A DNA stretch of 64,000 bases from Naegleria gruberi. Its lineage: Eukaryota. A program made the translations under genes and the position numbers. Shown here piece after piece: positions 32,301 through 42,723 of the stretch (position 1 is the first letter of the stretch; the number at the start of each line of letters is the position of its first letter). The DNA lies in the NCBI GenBank assembly GCA_000004985.1, contig GG738895.1; one strand, written 5' to 3'. The notes below the pieces were generated by a model. It saw only the letters and a program-made list of their open reading frames with translations, had not been told where the DNA came from and did not search any database.

Positions 32301-34551
32301 GGTCTATATTGGAATCTTTTCCGGATTTATCATCATGTCCAGAGTTGAAATGCAAAGAATTTCATTCATCCTAGCTCTATACAGAAAGCTGCCAAAAGAC
32401 ATGATTGGTGTCATTTATCATGAAATTGATAAGAAGGGAGAAGATGTCAAGTATGAGAAGAGTAATATCTTTTTAAGACCAAAGGAATTTTCACTTGTTG
32501 TTGCATTTTGCATTATTTTCATTATTGCCGCCTATTCTGGAATTATTTACTTTGAAATTTCAGAGAATGTTAGCACTTCTACTGATAATTTGACTACTGT
32601 TAATCAATTATCAATTTTGATTAGAGCTGCCCACAGGTTGACCATTCGATTGGGTGAATTATTTGCCTACTTTGGATGTCCTACTGGAAGTCCAGTCAAT
32701 ATTGTAGTTTCACCTAGCTATGTGGCTCAATATAGACAAGATGCAAGAGGTTTCGTCAGTTTAATTACATCCAGTTACAATGAAGTTGTTTATGGAAATA
32801 ATAACAGTCAACCATTAATTGGAAGATTCTCCAAGATTGATAACATCATTAATGGACCATCCAATTGTACAGCTGATTCACCAGTTGAAGAATGTTCCAG
32901 TTTACAAACCTTCATTTCAGCGTTTACAATTTCAAGTTCTCAAATGACTGAAGAATTTTTCAATCCAACTTATCAAAAATCTGATTCACTTTTTTATCAA
33001 GTTTTGAAAATTTACAATATGAATGATGTTCTTTATGAAAGATTAATGGATTTGATGAATTTATTGTTCATTTCCACTTCAGAATCATTCAAAGTTTTGA
33101 CTATTACCTTTTTTATCTTTGGAGTTATACTTTATTTATTGTTTAGTTCATTGTTATTGTATAGTTTCTTGATTTATGATAGACAGATCACTAATTTGAG
33201 ATCTTTCTTGAATTATTTACCTGTTGATTATATAGATTCAAGTGAAGCTATGAGAAATTTCATTTATTTCAACTCACTCACAATATTCAAAAAGAAAATT
33301 AAGGAAGCAAATGATGATTCATTGAGAAATGTGTTGAGTTCAATGGTAGATGGTGCTCTTCTTGTTAATGAAAAATCAGAAATTATGTTATTCAACTTGA
33401 CAGCTCAGAAAATGTTTGGAAAAGCTCCAGAAGAAGTTATTGGTTTGAAATTTTACAACTTGTTCGAACCAAGTCAAAGTGAAAAATTGACATCTGTGGT
33501 CAAACAAGTGAAATCATCGTTGACAGATCCAAACTCAAAACATGGTGAAACTTTGGAATTGGATTGTATCAGAAAGAATCAATCTAAATTTCCAGCCATT
33601 GTAAACATTTTTGCAACACGTGAAAGAGGAGTTGTCATTTATGCCTTCTTTATTAAGGACATTACATCAGAAAAGAAACAAAATGCATTATTGAACGAGG
33701 AAAAGAAGAATTCTGAAAATTTATTGAGAAACATCTTGCCAGATTCTGTTGCCTTCAAATTGAAAGCAGGTGAAACATTAATTGCTGACAAGTTTTCTGA
33801 TATCACCTGTTTCTTTTCAGATATGGTCGGTTTTACCAAGTTTAGTTCTGGAATGAATCCAAATGAATTGGTAATCATGTTGAATACAGTGGTTAACGGC
33901 TTTGATGATTTAACAGACAAGTATCAATTGGAGAAAATTAAAACAATTGGAGATGCATACTTTTGTGTAGGTGGATTGCACGGATTAAATGCTCAATCAG
34001 ATCACCCTGAAAGATGTGTTAAATTCGCAATTGACACTCTCCAAGTAATCAAAGATTACAACATTCAAAATCCACATGCACAAATCAATATTCGTGTTGG
34101 ATTGAATACTGGAAGTGTTGTTGCAGGTGTGATTGGAAGAAAGAAATTTGCCTATGATTTATGGGGTGATACCATTAATATTGCCTCAAGAATGGAATCA
34201 AATTCATTGTCAGGAAGAATTCAATTATCGAGATCAAGTTATGAAAGGGTTTATGATATTTTCGAATTTGAGGAACGTAAAATTGAAGTGAAAGGAAAAG
34301 GAATGACTCTTGCTTATTTATTGAAAGAAAAACATCATTGCAATCCAATCATTACCATTCAATCACATGATGATGAAGATGATGTGAATACTGATAATGA
34401 TGAAATTGAGGTAGAGAAGAAACCATCCATGCAAAACCTGACTGCTCACTCTCCAAATAGTGGCATTCCAAATATCACTAGAGAACACAGTTTGAATCAA
34501 CATGGCAACAATAGTACACCAAATGTTATGAGTGACACTATGGTATTCTAA
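29341..34551 (+). CDS. Polytopic membrane protein with a PAS domain and a C-terminal class III adenylyl/guanylyl cyclase domain
   Basis: 1736-aa single exon with many TM helices across residues ~100-1220. PAS-like segment (SMVDGALLVNEKSEIMLFNLTAQKMFGKAPEEVIGLKF...). The cyclase domain has both metal Asp (FSDMVGFT; IKTIGDAYF) and the Asn/Arg pair (GDTINIASRMES). Confidence 0.8.
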   Translation: MSAENNPLPNNEQHYKGTPHNSNANNNMWGLLDNPPHVNLSTQLLHGSVNFNNSTNNVTTNTIQQQDNSSSIISSPTSASAANNSVSIMRFVKDNMWQFFSVIQHRYAVKGRKIYILFTLLHIYYSYVVMILPTLSSQINSPAFSATTTTTTNSNSGTINRDTTLHNYPYGFYGTWLFKAMNYPITLSLDWIPYEAAIAVTIFGLSVALVHITILFLTFKTNFGRLQEKLKNISFMLAIFILFIGPPTAFVMTSFIDCNYQQLIFSVIDKMYSASLWRYPNVICSSSMNVSMIVVSIISIVLFSFGWLFSLFILPMANPKSQIPFLISYKLPMCVIYTSTGFRILVHFAIPSQYSYARAAFHIVASIGFILFFTDTVPLYRRVENSIFFSVLCTYCAFAVGLLVSSIVNSSTAIMNYDLLGIGLGAGLTVGLPIVVWILSFTGFEIYTRVVFKNIQKIVRRKLEHDSQHDNFETAQSSIYMMCEEYSMRNLKFYLQFVSQMPKSQEMVQALSFVKSESPQKFFTSPSILMMASDLVARCWGDENRLNFALFLLKKALKHNEGPWLAMQIKFKLRDVESELFENANYGKFGYAVKNVLMEIEKKQDQIKSIHKLFWKELLSDIPNNEKLERINATATHLTHYCEEQFEHLLANFAHDKTVLRYYANFLETIKQDKESAVTYYEEAASLEEEDSKNKFTMKRFRNKVIPELAESQSWNFMRSSSRKEFNNEDVEKDSFDGVEKQLEKKQNIYRNSLNTPFKSRSRLISFCALNMIGLGLLFVAFVLSLVYGDYLSKTDLVKVSSLPILTPGALLRDIRMRQIVYELFNVENKTYPSNGTSEFSSLSFFLSNYKDRIRRQREILLDLSSKSRSGEFTSKMYADFIREDNVISIPVASESGKVEFKSTFPKNTSISDVVHELIQHSTYFNLASDSEFNKTTTSYPFMYIYHNRRTAPDVTFAFFKNFQESQKFVVDYVNELLWNYILISALVYIGIFSGFIIMSRVEMQRISFILALYRKLPKDMIGVIYHEIDKKGEDVKYEKSNIFLRPKEFSLVVAFCIIFIIAAYSGIIYFEISENVSTSTDNLTTVNQLSILIRAAHRLTIRLGELFAYFGCPTGSPVNIVVSPSYVAQYRQDARGFVSLITSSYNEVVYGNNNSQPLIGRFSKIDNIINGPSNCTADSPVEECSSLQTFISAFTISSSQMTEEFFNPTYQKSDSLFYQVLKIYNMNDVLYERLMDLMNLLFISTSESFKVLTITFFIFGVILYLLFSSLLLYSFLIYDRQITNLRSFLNYLPVDYIDSSEAMRNFIYFNSLTIFKKKIKEANDDSLRNVLSSMVDGALLVNEKSEIMLFNLTAQKMFGKAPEEVIGLKFYNLFEPSQSEKLTSVVKQVKSSLTDPNSKHGETLELDCIRKNQSKFPAIVNIFATRERGVVIYAFFIKDITSEKKQNALLNEEKKNSENLLRNILPDSVAFKLKAGETLIADKFSDITCFFSDMVGFTKFSSGMNPNELVIMLNTVVNGFDDLTDKYQLEKIKTIGDAYFCVGGLHGLNAQSDHPERCVKFAIDTLQVIKDYNIQNPHAQINIRVGLNTGSVVAGVIGRKKFAYDLWGDTINIASRMESNSLSGRIQLSRSSYERVYDIFEFEERKIEVKGKGMTLAYLLKEKHHCNPIITIQSHDDEDDVNTDNDEIEVEKKPSMQNLTAHSPNSGIPNITREHSLNQHGNNSTPNVMSDTMVF

Positions 34552-35052
34552 TGAGCTGAATAAATAATGATCTTAATCTAAATACATAGGAAAATACCAA
34601 AAAAATATTTCAAAAATATTGGCAACAACCAGTCCCTCACAACGCTCTTGATTCCTTCTTGGAGTAGTTTCACATCTATTAACTCAAAGAATTTCACCAC
34701 ATCATCTCATAGTAATAATTTTTGGAATTTAATCCTTCGCCATGTGATTTGGAAATTATTTTATTGTTCTATTAGGAATAATTCAAATTGGTAAATAATC
34801 ATCCACAACCATCATGTGATAGTAGTATACATGGGTATTGTAAGACCATACTTCTCCGTCACTTCTCAAGTATATTTAATACAAGTTATGTTTTACAACA
34901 TGAAACATTGTATTTGGTGGTATGATGAAAATCTATTAATGATGGGATTGATAAACCAAAATACTTTTTTGGGGTTGTGAATTCCCAACCTTCCTTGCTT
35001 CTTTCTAATCACAACGAAGTTTCTAACGAAAAAAACCACACAGAAAAAAAAC

Positions 35053-38000
35053 ATGTCAACCCAAACAACAAAACCCTCCATTGTTCTCTTCATTAGGACC
35101 TCAAATTCATCAAAGAAGCAATCAATAATTTGTGATCATATTAGAAAGATGACTTTTGGCAAGCCCCATGAAGGTAATGCTCTATTAGTATTACAAGTTG
35201 GTTCAGAGCCAATTCTACTTGATGATCTTGTTATTAAATTGAAAGGATGGAAGATCGGACAACATGTTTCACAAGAACAACAACCTCCTCACTTTGTACA
35301 TACTAACAAGTTGCGAGATTGTTTGCAGTATTCGAAAGGTTCAACTCTTAAAAATTCTTCATGTACATTCAATGCATTGGATGTGAATGCATGCAATCAA
35401 CTTGAGAAAGGACAGCACTATGCTATTCGATTGAGTGATGTTAAATTGGCCTTTCTTCCACCTTCACTAGATTTTGATCAAGTGCAAGTTGAAATTTTCA
35501 AGAAGGATCAACTTGTTGGTGCAATTTCACATTCAAAACAAGAGGCCATCGACAGTCATATCGAAATGAGTGCAAAGAGTCTTGTTAGTAAATGGAAAAC
35601 AAAATCAAGATACGAACATTTGGATTTGATAGATGGAGTTGGAGCTGCAGATTTCATTGTAATTAATGTAGACGCTCTTATTTCAATGGCTTTAAAAAAG
35701 AGTAATGGATTGGATTGGAAAGAGCACGGTGGACAATGGTTGCATCTTGTATGGTTATGTGAAAAGATGCTCTCACTTCTAAAGTCCAGAAATGTGAATT
35801 TTGATCTAATTTGTTTTAAGAATTCAATTATTATGGATGGCAATTTCAGCTTTTTTGTTGCGAGAATGATAGTTTTCAATCATTTGAAAAAGTATTGTAC
35901 CTTTCCATGTTACTTGTTTGATTCATTATTATCAAAAGAGTGGGAGGAATATATCAGACAAGCCAATCCATCTGCAGTTATTTCAAGTGATTGCAATTAC
36001 ACAAATGCTTATTTGAATTTGATGTCTAATATTTCCTATATTGTAACAAATGTTGAAGAAGGTGCTAAATCTGTACTAGGTGATGTTTATTCAAGTGCTT
36101 ACCTATCATGGGTTAGGTCTGTAGAGCCAGAGCTAGACAATTTGTCAAAATTTTTACAAAATTCTTCAATTTCTAGCACTTTGAAGATTAGAGAATTTCA
36201 CCAATTAGAAAATGTTATGAAACAAGTTAATGAATTACAATTACATAGTAATTTTACAAGACTTGAGGTATTTTTAAGCTCTTTCCTATTATTTATTGAA
36301 AATTGTAAACAAGACAAAGTTATGGAAAGCTTGTTTTATGGTATTTCAATGATTTATTCAGTTGTCTTGTTGGATTACCTACCAATTGAAGCTAGACATT
36401 GTAATTTGAAAGAGACAATCAATGAATTGACACAATTCATGCAAGAGTTATACAAGTATTGCTCTATGGTACTATTTGAAATTGATAATTTCCAAGATAT
36501 TTCATGTGATTTATTGGATTGTAGATTGATTCATTGGCTGATTTTGAATTTCAAACCAAACAATCCATTTACACTAAATCAATGGATAGAGATTATATGT
36601 GAATTATCACCACAGCCTGTAAAAGATAGCTTGAATAAGATAGTACTATTGTTGAAAGAAAGAGTGTCATTCGATTTTGACTCTGACTTTGAATTTTCAT
36701 CTATTGTCAGCCCTTACATTAGAAATTATGCCTACGACTACAGTAATAGCAAAAACAGATGCACAGTATTAGAAGTTAAAAATAATTTCATTAACACATT
36801 CTGTAATTTACAATCTAGCTCAGTGATCCAAGAAGATTCCTTTAAAAAACCTTTATTTTATGATATTTATCACTTTCACTCCACAAGATTGATAACAGAC
36901 ACTGCAGAACATTTAGAAAGGAACAAGTATTCAACAGTTGACAAAACAAGAGAAAAGTTGAACGGAATGGTTGAATTATTTAAGAAAGTGAATAAGTGCA
37001 AAGAAATAGCAACTGAACAAGTACCAAAAGATTTAAAATTCACTGAGCATGTCAATGAAAAGAATATTATGAAAATAGTTTCTGAAAATTATGAAAAATC
37101 ACAGAAACCACTGAATGCCATTAAGGAAATTATTAGAAAACAAGAAAGTCTTGTTAAGAAAAAAGAAGACGAAGAAGAAACCTTTTCAATTTCAGAATTA
37201 GTATCAATTTCACTTACTATCCAGGAAAATATTCAACAATTTATACCTATTATGGGCAAATACAGTCCAAAGAATAACACCACAATGGTTTTTGGCAAGA
37301 AATTGTACATTCAATTATTAGATTCCTTCAAATATCAACTTCCAAAATCAAGAAAACCTATAGAATCTAAATTATTACAAAGAACAGTAGAGGGTCCCAC
37401 ATCTAAAATTTCATTGAACGAATTGGAAGAGCAAAAAGCCATGTACAGATTGTACCACGTTAATAGTTGGATAAGATTTATTTATTCATACTTGATGGAA
37501 CTAAACAGTCTATGTCTCTATTTCACTGAGAAGGAAATTGCCAAAGAATTGGAAAATCTTGCCACCTCTGCCAGAATGTTTGGATTTTGTCAAACGGCAC
37601 AATTAATTGAAAATGAAATTAGTCCAAAGAAAATTTCCAAACACGAGGAGGATATTATTGATCCAAATTATTTATTTTTATATCATTTTGAAAAAACAGC
37701 ACCAACAACACCTCCATTAGAAAGATTTACAAAGAAGAAACATAACCAAATTTTAAATGAACTAGTTCAAGAAAAGGTTCTTCTAATAGAGAAACTTAAA
37801 AAAGACTCCTCAACTAAATCTAGAGAAGAAATTTCACATGAAATCAAGAAAGTGAATGTAAATATCAAATTGAGAGAGAGTTTAACATTTACACCTGATG
37901 ATTGGCAAAATCAACTTATTTCTTATGTAAATAGAGATGAATCTGTGTTAGTCTCAGTGCCAACTTCAAATGGTAAAACATTTATTGTATTTTATTTGAT

Positions 38001-40797
38001 TGAAAAGGTGTTAAGAGAAAGTGAGAATGGTGTAGTATTATTTGTTGTGCCAAATAAGGCATTAGTCAATCAAGTTTATTGTGAAATCCAATCAAGATTG
38101 AAAAAGAATCAAAATAATATGGCCACAGCTGGTATGGCTACAGCAAATACAAGATTGGATGTATTTAATTCTCAATTACTTGTCATAGTACCTGCAATGT
38201 TGGAGATTTATTTAATGAGCTCAGCTCCAAAGGTTCTTGAGTGGAGAAAGAGAATTAAATATCTTGTCCTTGATGAAATACATTGTATAACAAGTGATGA
38301 TCAAGGTGAATACTATGAACATTGTATTCAATTATTAGATTGTCCTGTCATTGGATTATCTGCTACTTTGGGTAATTCTGAAAAATTTGCAAAATGGATG
38401 ACTCATGGATCGAGAGATAATGTACATTTAATTTATGAACCTGATTATAAAAGGTTCAATCCATTAGAATATCATAACTTTAATGGAACAGAAATTTCTC
38501 ATTCACATCCATGTGAATTATTTAATCCAAAATATCTAAATGAAAAGGAAATACAAAAATGTAGAATGATGACAATAGATGAATGTTTCCAATTAAAGAG
38601 AATGCTATTGGAAATAGATCAATCCGATGAGATGAAGGAAATAATCGAAACTCATGTTGGCTATCATTTATTGAATCGCAATAACCAATTGTCATGCATA
38701 ACTTGGAATGATCACATTCAGTACAAGCTTGGCTATAAACAATTAATGATCTACCTAGTGAATCATCCAACCAAACACAAAGTACTTTCCACTGTAGTGA
38801 GCTCATTACAAATGTCATACGCAGACGAAAATATTAAGCCAGTTGAATTTGTAGATGATATGATACACTTGATCATCAAAATGAAGAAGGAAAAGATGCT
38901 TCCCTCCATAGTATTCATTTTAGATAGGAGGATGATTGATCTTATGGTTAGAACCTTACTGCATAGAAATGTCTATTTATATGAAAATGAGGAAGATTGT
39001 CCGAGAGCTGATATTTTGAGACTAAATATTGATGATAATGATAGCGAAAAGACTATCAATAGGTATTATATTGATGCACTATCTCATGGAATTGGAGCTC
39101 ACTATGCTGGTATGAACGATGGCTATTTAATTGAAATTGAAAGACTCTTTAGAGAGAAGAAATTACCACTCATATTTACAACCTCCACTCTAGCTCTTGG
39201 TATTCATCTTCCTTGTAAAACAGTAGTTATGGCTGGAAGTTCCATTTATTTAACCAATTCACTTTTTAAACAATGTTGTGGAAGAGTTGGAAGAAGAGGA
39301 ATAGATCAGAAAGGTAAAGTTATTCTATATGGACTGAGTAAACCAAGAATTAGAAGATATTTACTGTCAGAACCTATTTCCATCAATGGAACAGTTGGCT
39401 TAAAACCAAGCTTCATTCTTAAAATGTTTACATCTCTTAATCAAGCTGAACAGGATTTAAAATCTGGTGAAAAAAATCCATTCCAAGATGCATTCCAAAG
39501 AGTATTAGAAAAACCATTATTTTCCATTAATGAAAATACAATGATTGCAACACAATCACAAATGTCATACTTTATCAGATTCCATACAGAATTTTTGAGA
39601 CAAGCAATGTTCCTTAATAAGAAATGTAATCCTCTTCAATTGAGTGGATTAATTGGACATCTCCATTATAGAGAACCTTTCAACTTTTTAATGGCACACT
39701 TTTTACAAACTCGAATTTTTGAAATGTTGGATATTAACAAGATTAGGGAACACGAATTTGATAAGATTATTTTAACCATTTTTACTTTGCTCTTTGCCAG
39801 ATATAGAGTTGGCAAACACATGTCGCAAAATACGTTGGACACTGACTTTACGAAAAACATGTCCAATATTTATAGGAAAATGATTGAGAAAAATGTTGAA
39901 TTCAATAATGAAACATTGGGAATTTATTCCAATTATGCTATTGCCTATTGTTTGAGTGAAAAATTGAAAGATGAAACCCTTCCACTTTCTGATTATTCAA
40001 CAATTATTTTAAAGGAATGTGAAAGTGAGTGCAAACTATTTACCGAATTGAAAAAGAGTCGATCTACAAATACTCACTCAATTTCTTCATTTTCTGCATT
40101 AAGTGGAAATGAAGATGGTAAATATCTAACAGAAGATCATTTCTTTTCCACTCTAAAGCATACAATTTCAATTAATAAGGCACACGTACCATTTACTAGT
40201 GCTTTGTCTGATGAAGACCATCCAATAAGTTGTTTCCTTTTGGATTACTATGGACATGGATCTTTGAAGATTCTCACAGAAGATCATCAATTTATCAACA
40301 TTGGTGCAAGCTCTAAACTTATCAGTGAAGCCATTAGAGATTTGAAGAAATTGAGAGCTAGTTTGATTAATGAAGAAATATTTTCATTTTCAATTTCAGA
40401 TTATGAACGAAAATTGGATAGTGGAGTTGTTTCTGAATGGTTAGTTAAGGAGTGTCCTTGGTTGAAGAATAATCCCAATTTAGAATTGATAACATTTGAA
40501 AAACTCTATAATTGGTTAACAAAAAACGTGCTAGAGATAGAGGTATCTGCACTGTTTCCTATTAGGGGAAATGGATTGAAGATGTTGAAAAGAAAAATTG
40601 AAAATAGATTTGCTCATCCAATTATTCAAAGTCTTGATAGAATCTTATCTAAACTTGAGGAAGGTGAAAGAAGAGAAAGACAACAATCTTTTAATGAAAG
40701 AAAAGAAATCAAACAAAAGAAACAATCATTGCGGAATGATTTGGATTCAGTTGAGAGTTTTAAGGGTATCAAGCATGCAAAATCAAATTTCATGTGA
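35053..40797 (+). CDS. Ski2-like DExH-box superfamily-2 helicase with a ~900-aa N-terminal extension of unknown function
   Basis: 1914-aa single exon. Motif I VPTSNGKTFIV, motif II LVLDEIHCI (DEIH), motif III LSATLGN, Ski2-type IGAHYAGM, motif VI QCCGRVGRRGID. The N-terminal ~900 aa and C-terminal ~450 aa have no recognisable domain. Confidence 0.75.
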   Translation: MSTQTTKPSIVLFIRTSNSSKKQSIICDHIRKMTFGKPHEGNALLVLQVGSEPILLDDLVIKLKGWKIGQHVSQEQQPPHFVHTNKLRDCLQYSKGSTLKNSSCTFNALDVNACNQLEKGQHYAIRLSDVKLAFLPPSLDFDQVQVEIFKKDQLVGAISHSKQEAIDSHIEMSAKSLVSKWKTKSRYEHLDLIDGVGAADFIVINVDALISMALKKSNGLDWKEHGGQWLHLVWLCEKMLSLLKSRNVNFDLICFKNSIIMDGNFSFFVARMIVFNHLKKYCTFPCYLFDSLLSKEWEEYIRQANPSAVISSDCNYTNAYLNLMSNISYIVTNVEEGAKSVLGDVYSSAYLSWVRSVEPELDNLSKFLQNSSISSTLKIREFHQLENVMKQVNELQLHSNFTRLEVFLSSFLLFIENCKQDKVMESLFYGISMIYSVVLLDYLPIEARHCNLKETINELTQFMQELYKYCSMVLFEIDNFQDISCDLLDCRLIHWLILNFKPNNPFTLNQWIEIICELSPQPVKDSLNKIVLLLKERVSFDFDSDFEFSSIVSPYIRNYAYDYSNSKNRCTVLEVKNNFINTFCNLQSSSVIQEDSFKKPLFYDIYHFHSTRLITDTAEHLERNKYSTVDKTREKLNGMVELFKKVNKCKEIATEQVPKDLKFTEHVNEKNIMKIVSENYEKSQKPLNAIKEIIRKQESLVKKKEDEEETFSISELVSISLTIQENIQQFIPIMGKYSPKNNTTMVFGKKLYIQLLDSFKYQLPKSRKPIESKLLQRTVEGPTSKISLNELEEQKAMYRLYHVNSWIRFIYSYLMELNSLCLYFTEKEIAKELENLATSARMFGFCQTAQLIENEISPKKISKHEEDIIDPNYLFLYHFEKTAPTTPPLERFTKKKHNQILNELVQEKVLLIEKLKKDSSTKSREEISHEIKKVNVNIKLRESLTFTPDDWQNQLISYVNRDESVLVSVPTSNGKTFIVFYLIEKVLRESENGVVLFVVPNKALVNQVYCEIQSRLKKNQNNMATAGMATANTRLDVFNSQLLVIVPAMLEIYLMSSAPKVLEWRKRIKYLVLDEIHCITSDDQGEYYEHCIQLLDCPVIGLSATLGNSEKFAKWMTHGSRDNVHLIYEPDYKRFNPLEYHNFNGTEISHSHPCELFNPKYLNEKEIQKCRMMTIDECFQLKRMLLEIDQSDEMKEIIETHVGYHLLNRNNQLSCITWNDHIQYKLGYKQLMIYLVNHPTKHKVLSTVVSSLQMSYADENIKPVEFVDDMIHLIIKMKKEKMLPSIVFILDRRMIDLMVRTLLHRNVYLYENEEDCPRADILRLNIDDNDSEKTINRYYIDALSHGIGAHYAGMNDGYLIEIERLFREKKLPLIFTTSTLALGIHLPCKTVVMAGSSIYLTNSLFKQCCGRVGRRGIDQKGKVILYGLSKPRIRRYLLSEPISINGTVGLKPSFILKMFTSLNQAEQDLKSGEKNPFQDAFQRVLEKPLFSINENTMIATQSQMSYFIRFHTEFLRQAMFLNKKCNPLQLSGLIGHLHYREPFNFLMAHFLQTRIFEMLDINKIREHEFDKIILTIFTLLFARYRVGKHMSQNTLDTDFTKNMSNIYRKMIEKNVEFNNETLGIYSNYAIAYCLSEKLKDETLPLSDYSTIILKECESECKLFTELKKSRSTNTHSISSFSALSGNEDGKYLTEDHFFSTLKHTISINKAHVPFTSALSDEDHPISCFLLDYYGHGSLKILTEDHQFINIGASSKLISEAIRDLKKLRASLINEEIFSFSISDYERKLDSGVVSEWLVKECPWLKNNPNLELITFEKLYNWLTKNVLEIEVSALFPIRGNGLKMLKRKIENRFAHPIIQSLDRILSKLEEGERRERQQSFNERKEIKQKKQSLRNDLDSVESFKGIKHAKSNFM

Positions 40798-40899
40798 GAT
40801 CACTGCTTTCTCTATGTACTTTGATAATTCTTGATTTTTTAGTGAAATAATTGGAATTTGCCATGGTAGATACTTTAAAAAATTCAATAAATTACAATA

Positions 40900-42723
40900 T
40901 TATTTACTTCTTACACATCCCTGAAGGATTTGTGTTGCCAGTTCCTTTTCAGATGAAGAGTAAAAATCAGCCAAAATGATCTTAATGTCATTCTTCGAGT
41001 CTAGGTAAATAAAATCCTTCAACTTTTCAATCATTTTGAGTTTGGAACTACAAGTGATAAGGTCTACCATTGTGAAAATCTTGAGAAGATCCATTGCATT
41101 CATCTTTTGAATGTTTCCACTTGAAATCAAAAGATCAAGGAATTCCTTCTTACTGAACGAATATTTGAGAATTCCACTAATAGCTTCAATTTGAGGAATG
41201 GTTAACACTTCTGTTGAATTCCATACAATTCGTTGCAATTGTGATGATAAATTCCACTTATCTTTAGCTCCTTGATGCACTATCTCAGCAAACAGTGTAC
41301 TTGATCCTCCCACTTTTTTCACCATTGCATTGGTAAATGATCTAAGTTCCAAATAATTTTGAATATTTCCTTTCACCGCAAATGCTGTTATGACATAAGC
41401 AATTCTAAACATCCATTTTTGACCTGTGGATAGATCAGATGGTTTGAATCCAAAGACTTCTAATAAGTGGTTTCCAACAGCTACGAACGGCATCTTGGCA
41501 ACATTCCAACAGAGTTTCATGATTGAGTTTTTGGATTTTACAATCTTTTCTCTTTCCTCTTTAAATTTAGTAATTTTAGATTGAATGAAATTAACATCTT
41601 CTTCCTTTTGATTGAATGAAATGGTTGACTTGAGAATTTGTGAGTCTGCTCTCGTGATACCATACTTTCCAATGTCATCTCTCAATAATTGTAAAAATTC
41701 AAAACAATTTTGTAACTTTTGATCTCCAAAAAGTGGAATTTCACTACTATCAATGAATAGAATATTTCCAACAGAAGCAGATCCAATCTTGTAATTATAA
41801 ACAATTTCAGGTCTCTGAACAGTGAATTGATTTGAAATGTATTCACTAATTAGAGGATAGGTTGATGGAAATTGTGTCACGAAAAACTTGGAAAGAATGT
41901 TTGAATGAGTCTCCAAATCTGGAATTTTGAAAAACACAGTGGAAGAGAATGAATTTTGGTCAAAGGTTGGAACTGCCATCAAGGTAACTTCCTCAGATTG
42001 GAAAACATGAATTTCATCATCACTCATCAATGGATTCAACACATCAAATGGAATATTCAATCTCATGTAAGCATAATTTGATGGAGATTGAGAAACTGAC
42101 AAGCTTGAATTAAAACTACTCAATAATGATCTCAGAACGAAACTCTTTCTCTCACAATCAATAATCATTTGTGAGAGAATTTCTTCTTGATTTCCTTCCT
42201 TGGTGATATATTTGAGAGATGGCAATTTCTGGTCTTGACTATTCTTAATTTCCATTTGTTCGTCAAAGCATTCCAATCGCATTTCAACATTTGGACTTGT
42301 TTGTGAAAGAAAGTCCACAATTGCTCTCTTCAAATCGCTCACTTTAATCAAGGCCTTTCTTTCATTAATAGCTGATAATTCTCTCTTATTGTCCAACATG
42401 ATATTCACAGAATATCCCTTCAAATTCCTATAAGAAACCTTTCCTTTCAACAAGTGCCAATCAATTAACTTTCCCAAACTTGCAGTTCCCTCAACATCCA
42501 AAAACAACACATCATTACTATTTCCCGATTCAAATGATGAAGTCAATATAAACTTTTGCATTGGATATTCCCTTGCCAAAAACAAGGTAATTAAATGTGC
42601 AGTCAATGAACATTCACTTCTTCCTGCATTAATAATGATCGGATTCTCACACCCGATGTGTTTTCCATTTGATGATGATGATGATGAAGAACTCGAAGCA
42701 GCAGCAGTACTTGATACGGTCAT
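40900..42723 (-). CDS. Hypothetical protein; N-terminus resembles a degenerate GBP/atlastin-type G domain
   Basis: First ATG is at 42723 (track start is TTG). Poly-Ser N-terminus. IIINAGRSECSL (degenerate P-loop) sits ~45 aa before LFLDVEGT, matching the GBP-family DTEG G3 motif. The rest is unrecognised. Confidence 0.45.
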   Translation of the reverse strand: MTVSSTAAASSSSSSSSSNGKHIGCENPIIINAGRSECSLTAHLITLFLAREYPMQKFILTSSFESGNSNDVLFLDVEGTASLGKLIDWHLLKGKVSYRNLKGYSVNIMLDNKRELSAINERKALIKVSDLKRAIVDFLSQTSPNVEMRLECFDEQMEIKNSQDQKLPSLKYITKEGNQEEILSQMIIDCERKSFVLRSLLSSFNSSLSVSQSPSNYAYMRLNIPFDVLNPLMSDDEIHVFQSEEVTLMAVPTFDQNSFSSTVFFKIPDLETHSNILSKFFVTQFPSTYPLISEYISNQFTVQRPEIVYNYKIGSASVGNILFIDSSEIPLFGDQKLQNCFEFLQLLRDDIGKYGITRADSQILKSTISFNQKEEDVNFIQSKITKFKEEREKIVKSKNSIMKLCWNVAKMPFVAVGNHLLEVFGFKPSDLSTGQKWMFRIAYVITAFAVKGNIQNYLELRSFTNAMVKKVGGSSTLFAEIVHQGAKDKWNLSSQLQRIVWNSTEVLTIPQIEAISGILKYSFSKKEFLDLLISSGNIQKMNAMDLLKIFTMVDLITCSSKLKMIEKLKDFIYLDSKNDIKIILADFYSSSEKELATQILQGCVRSK

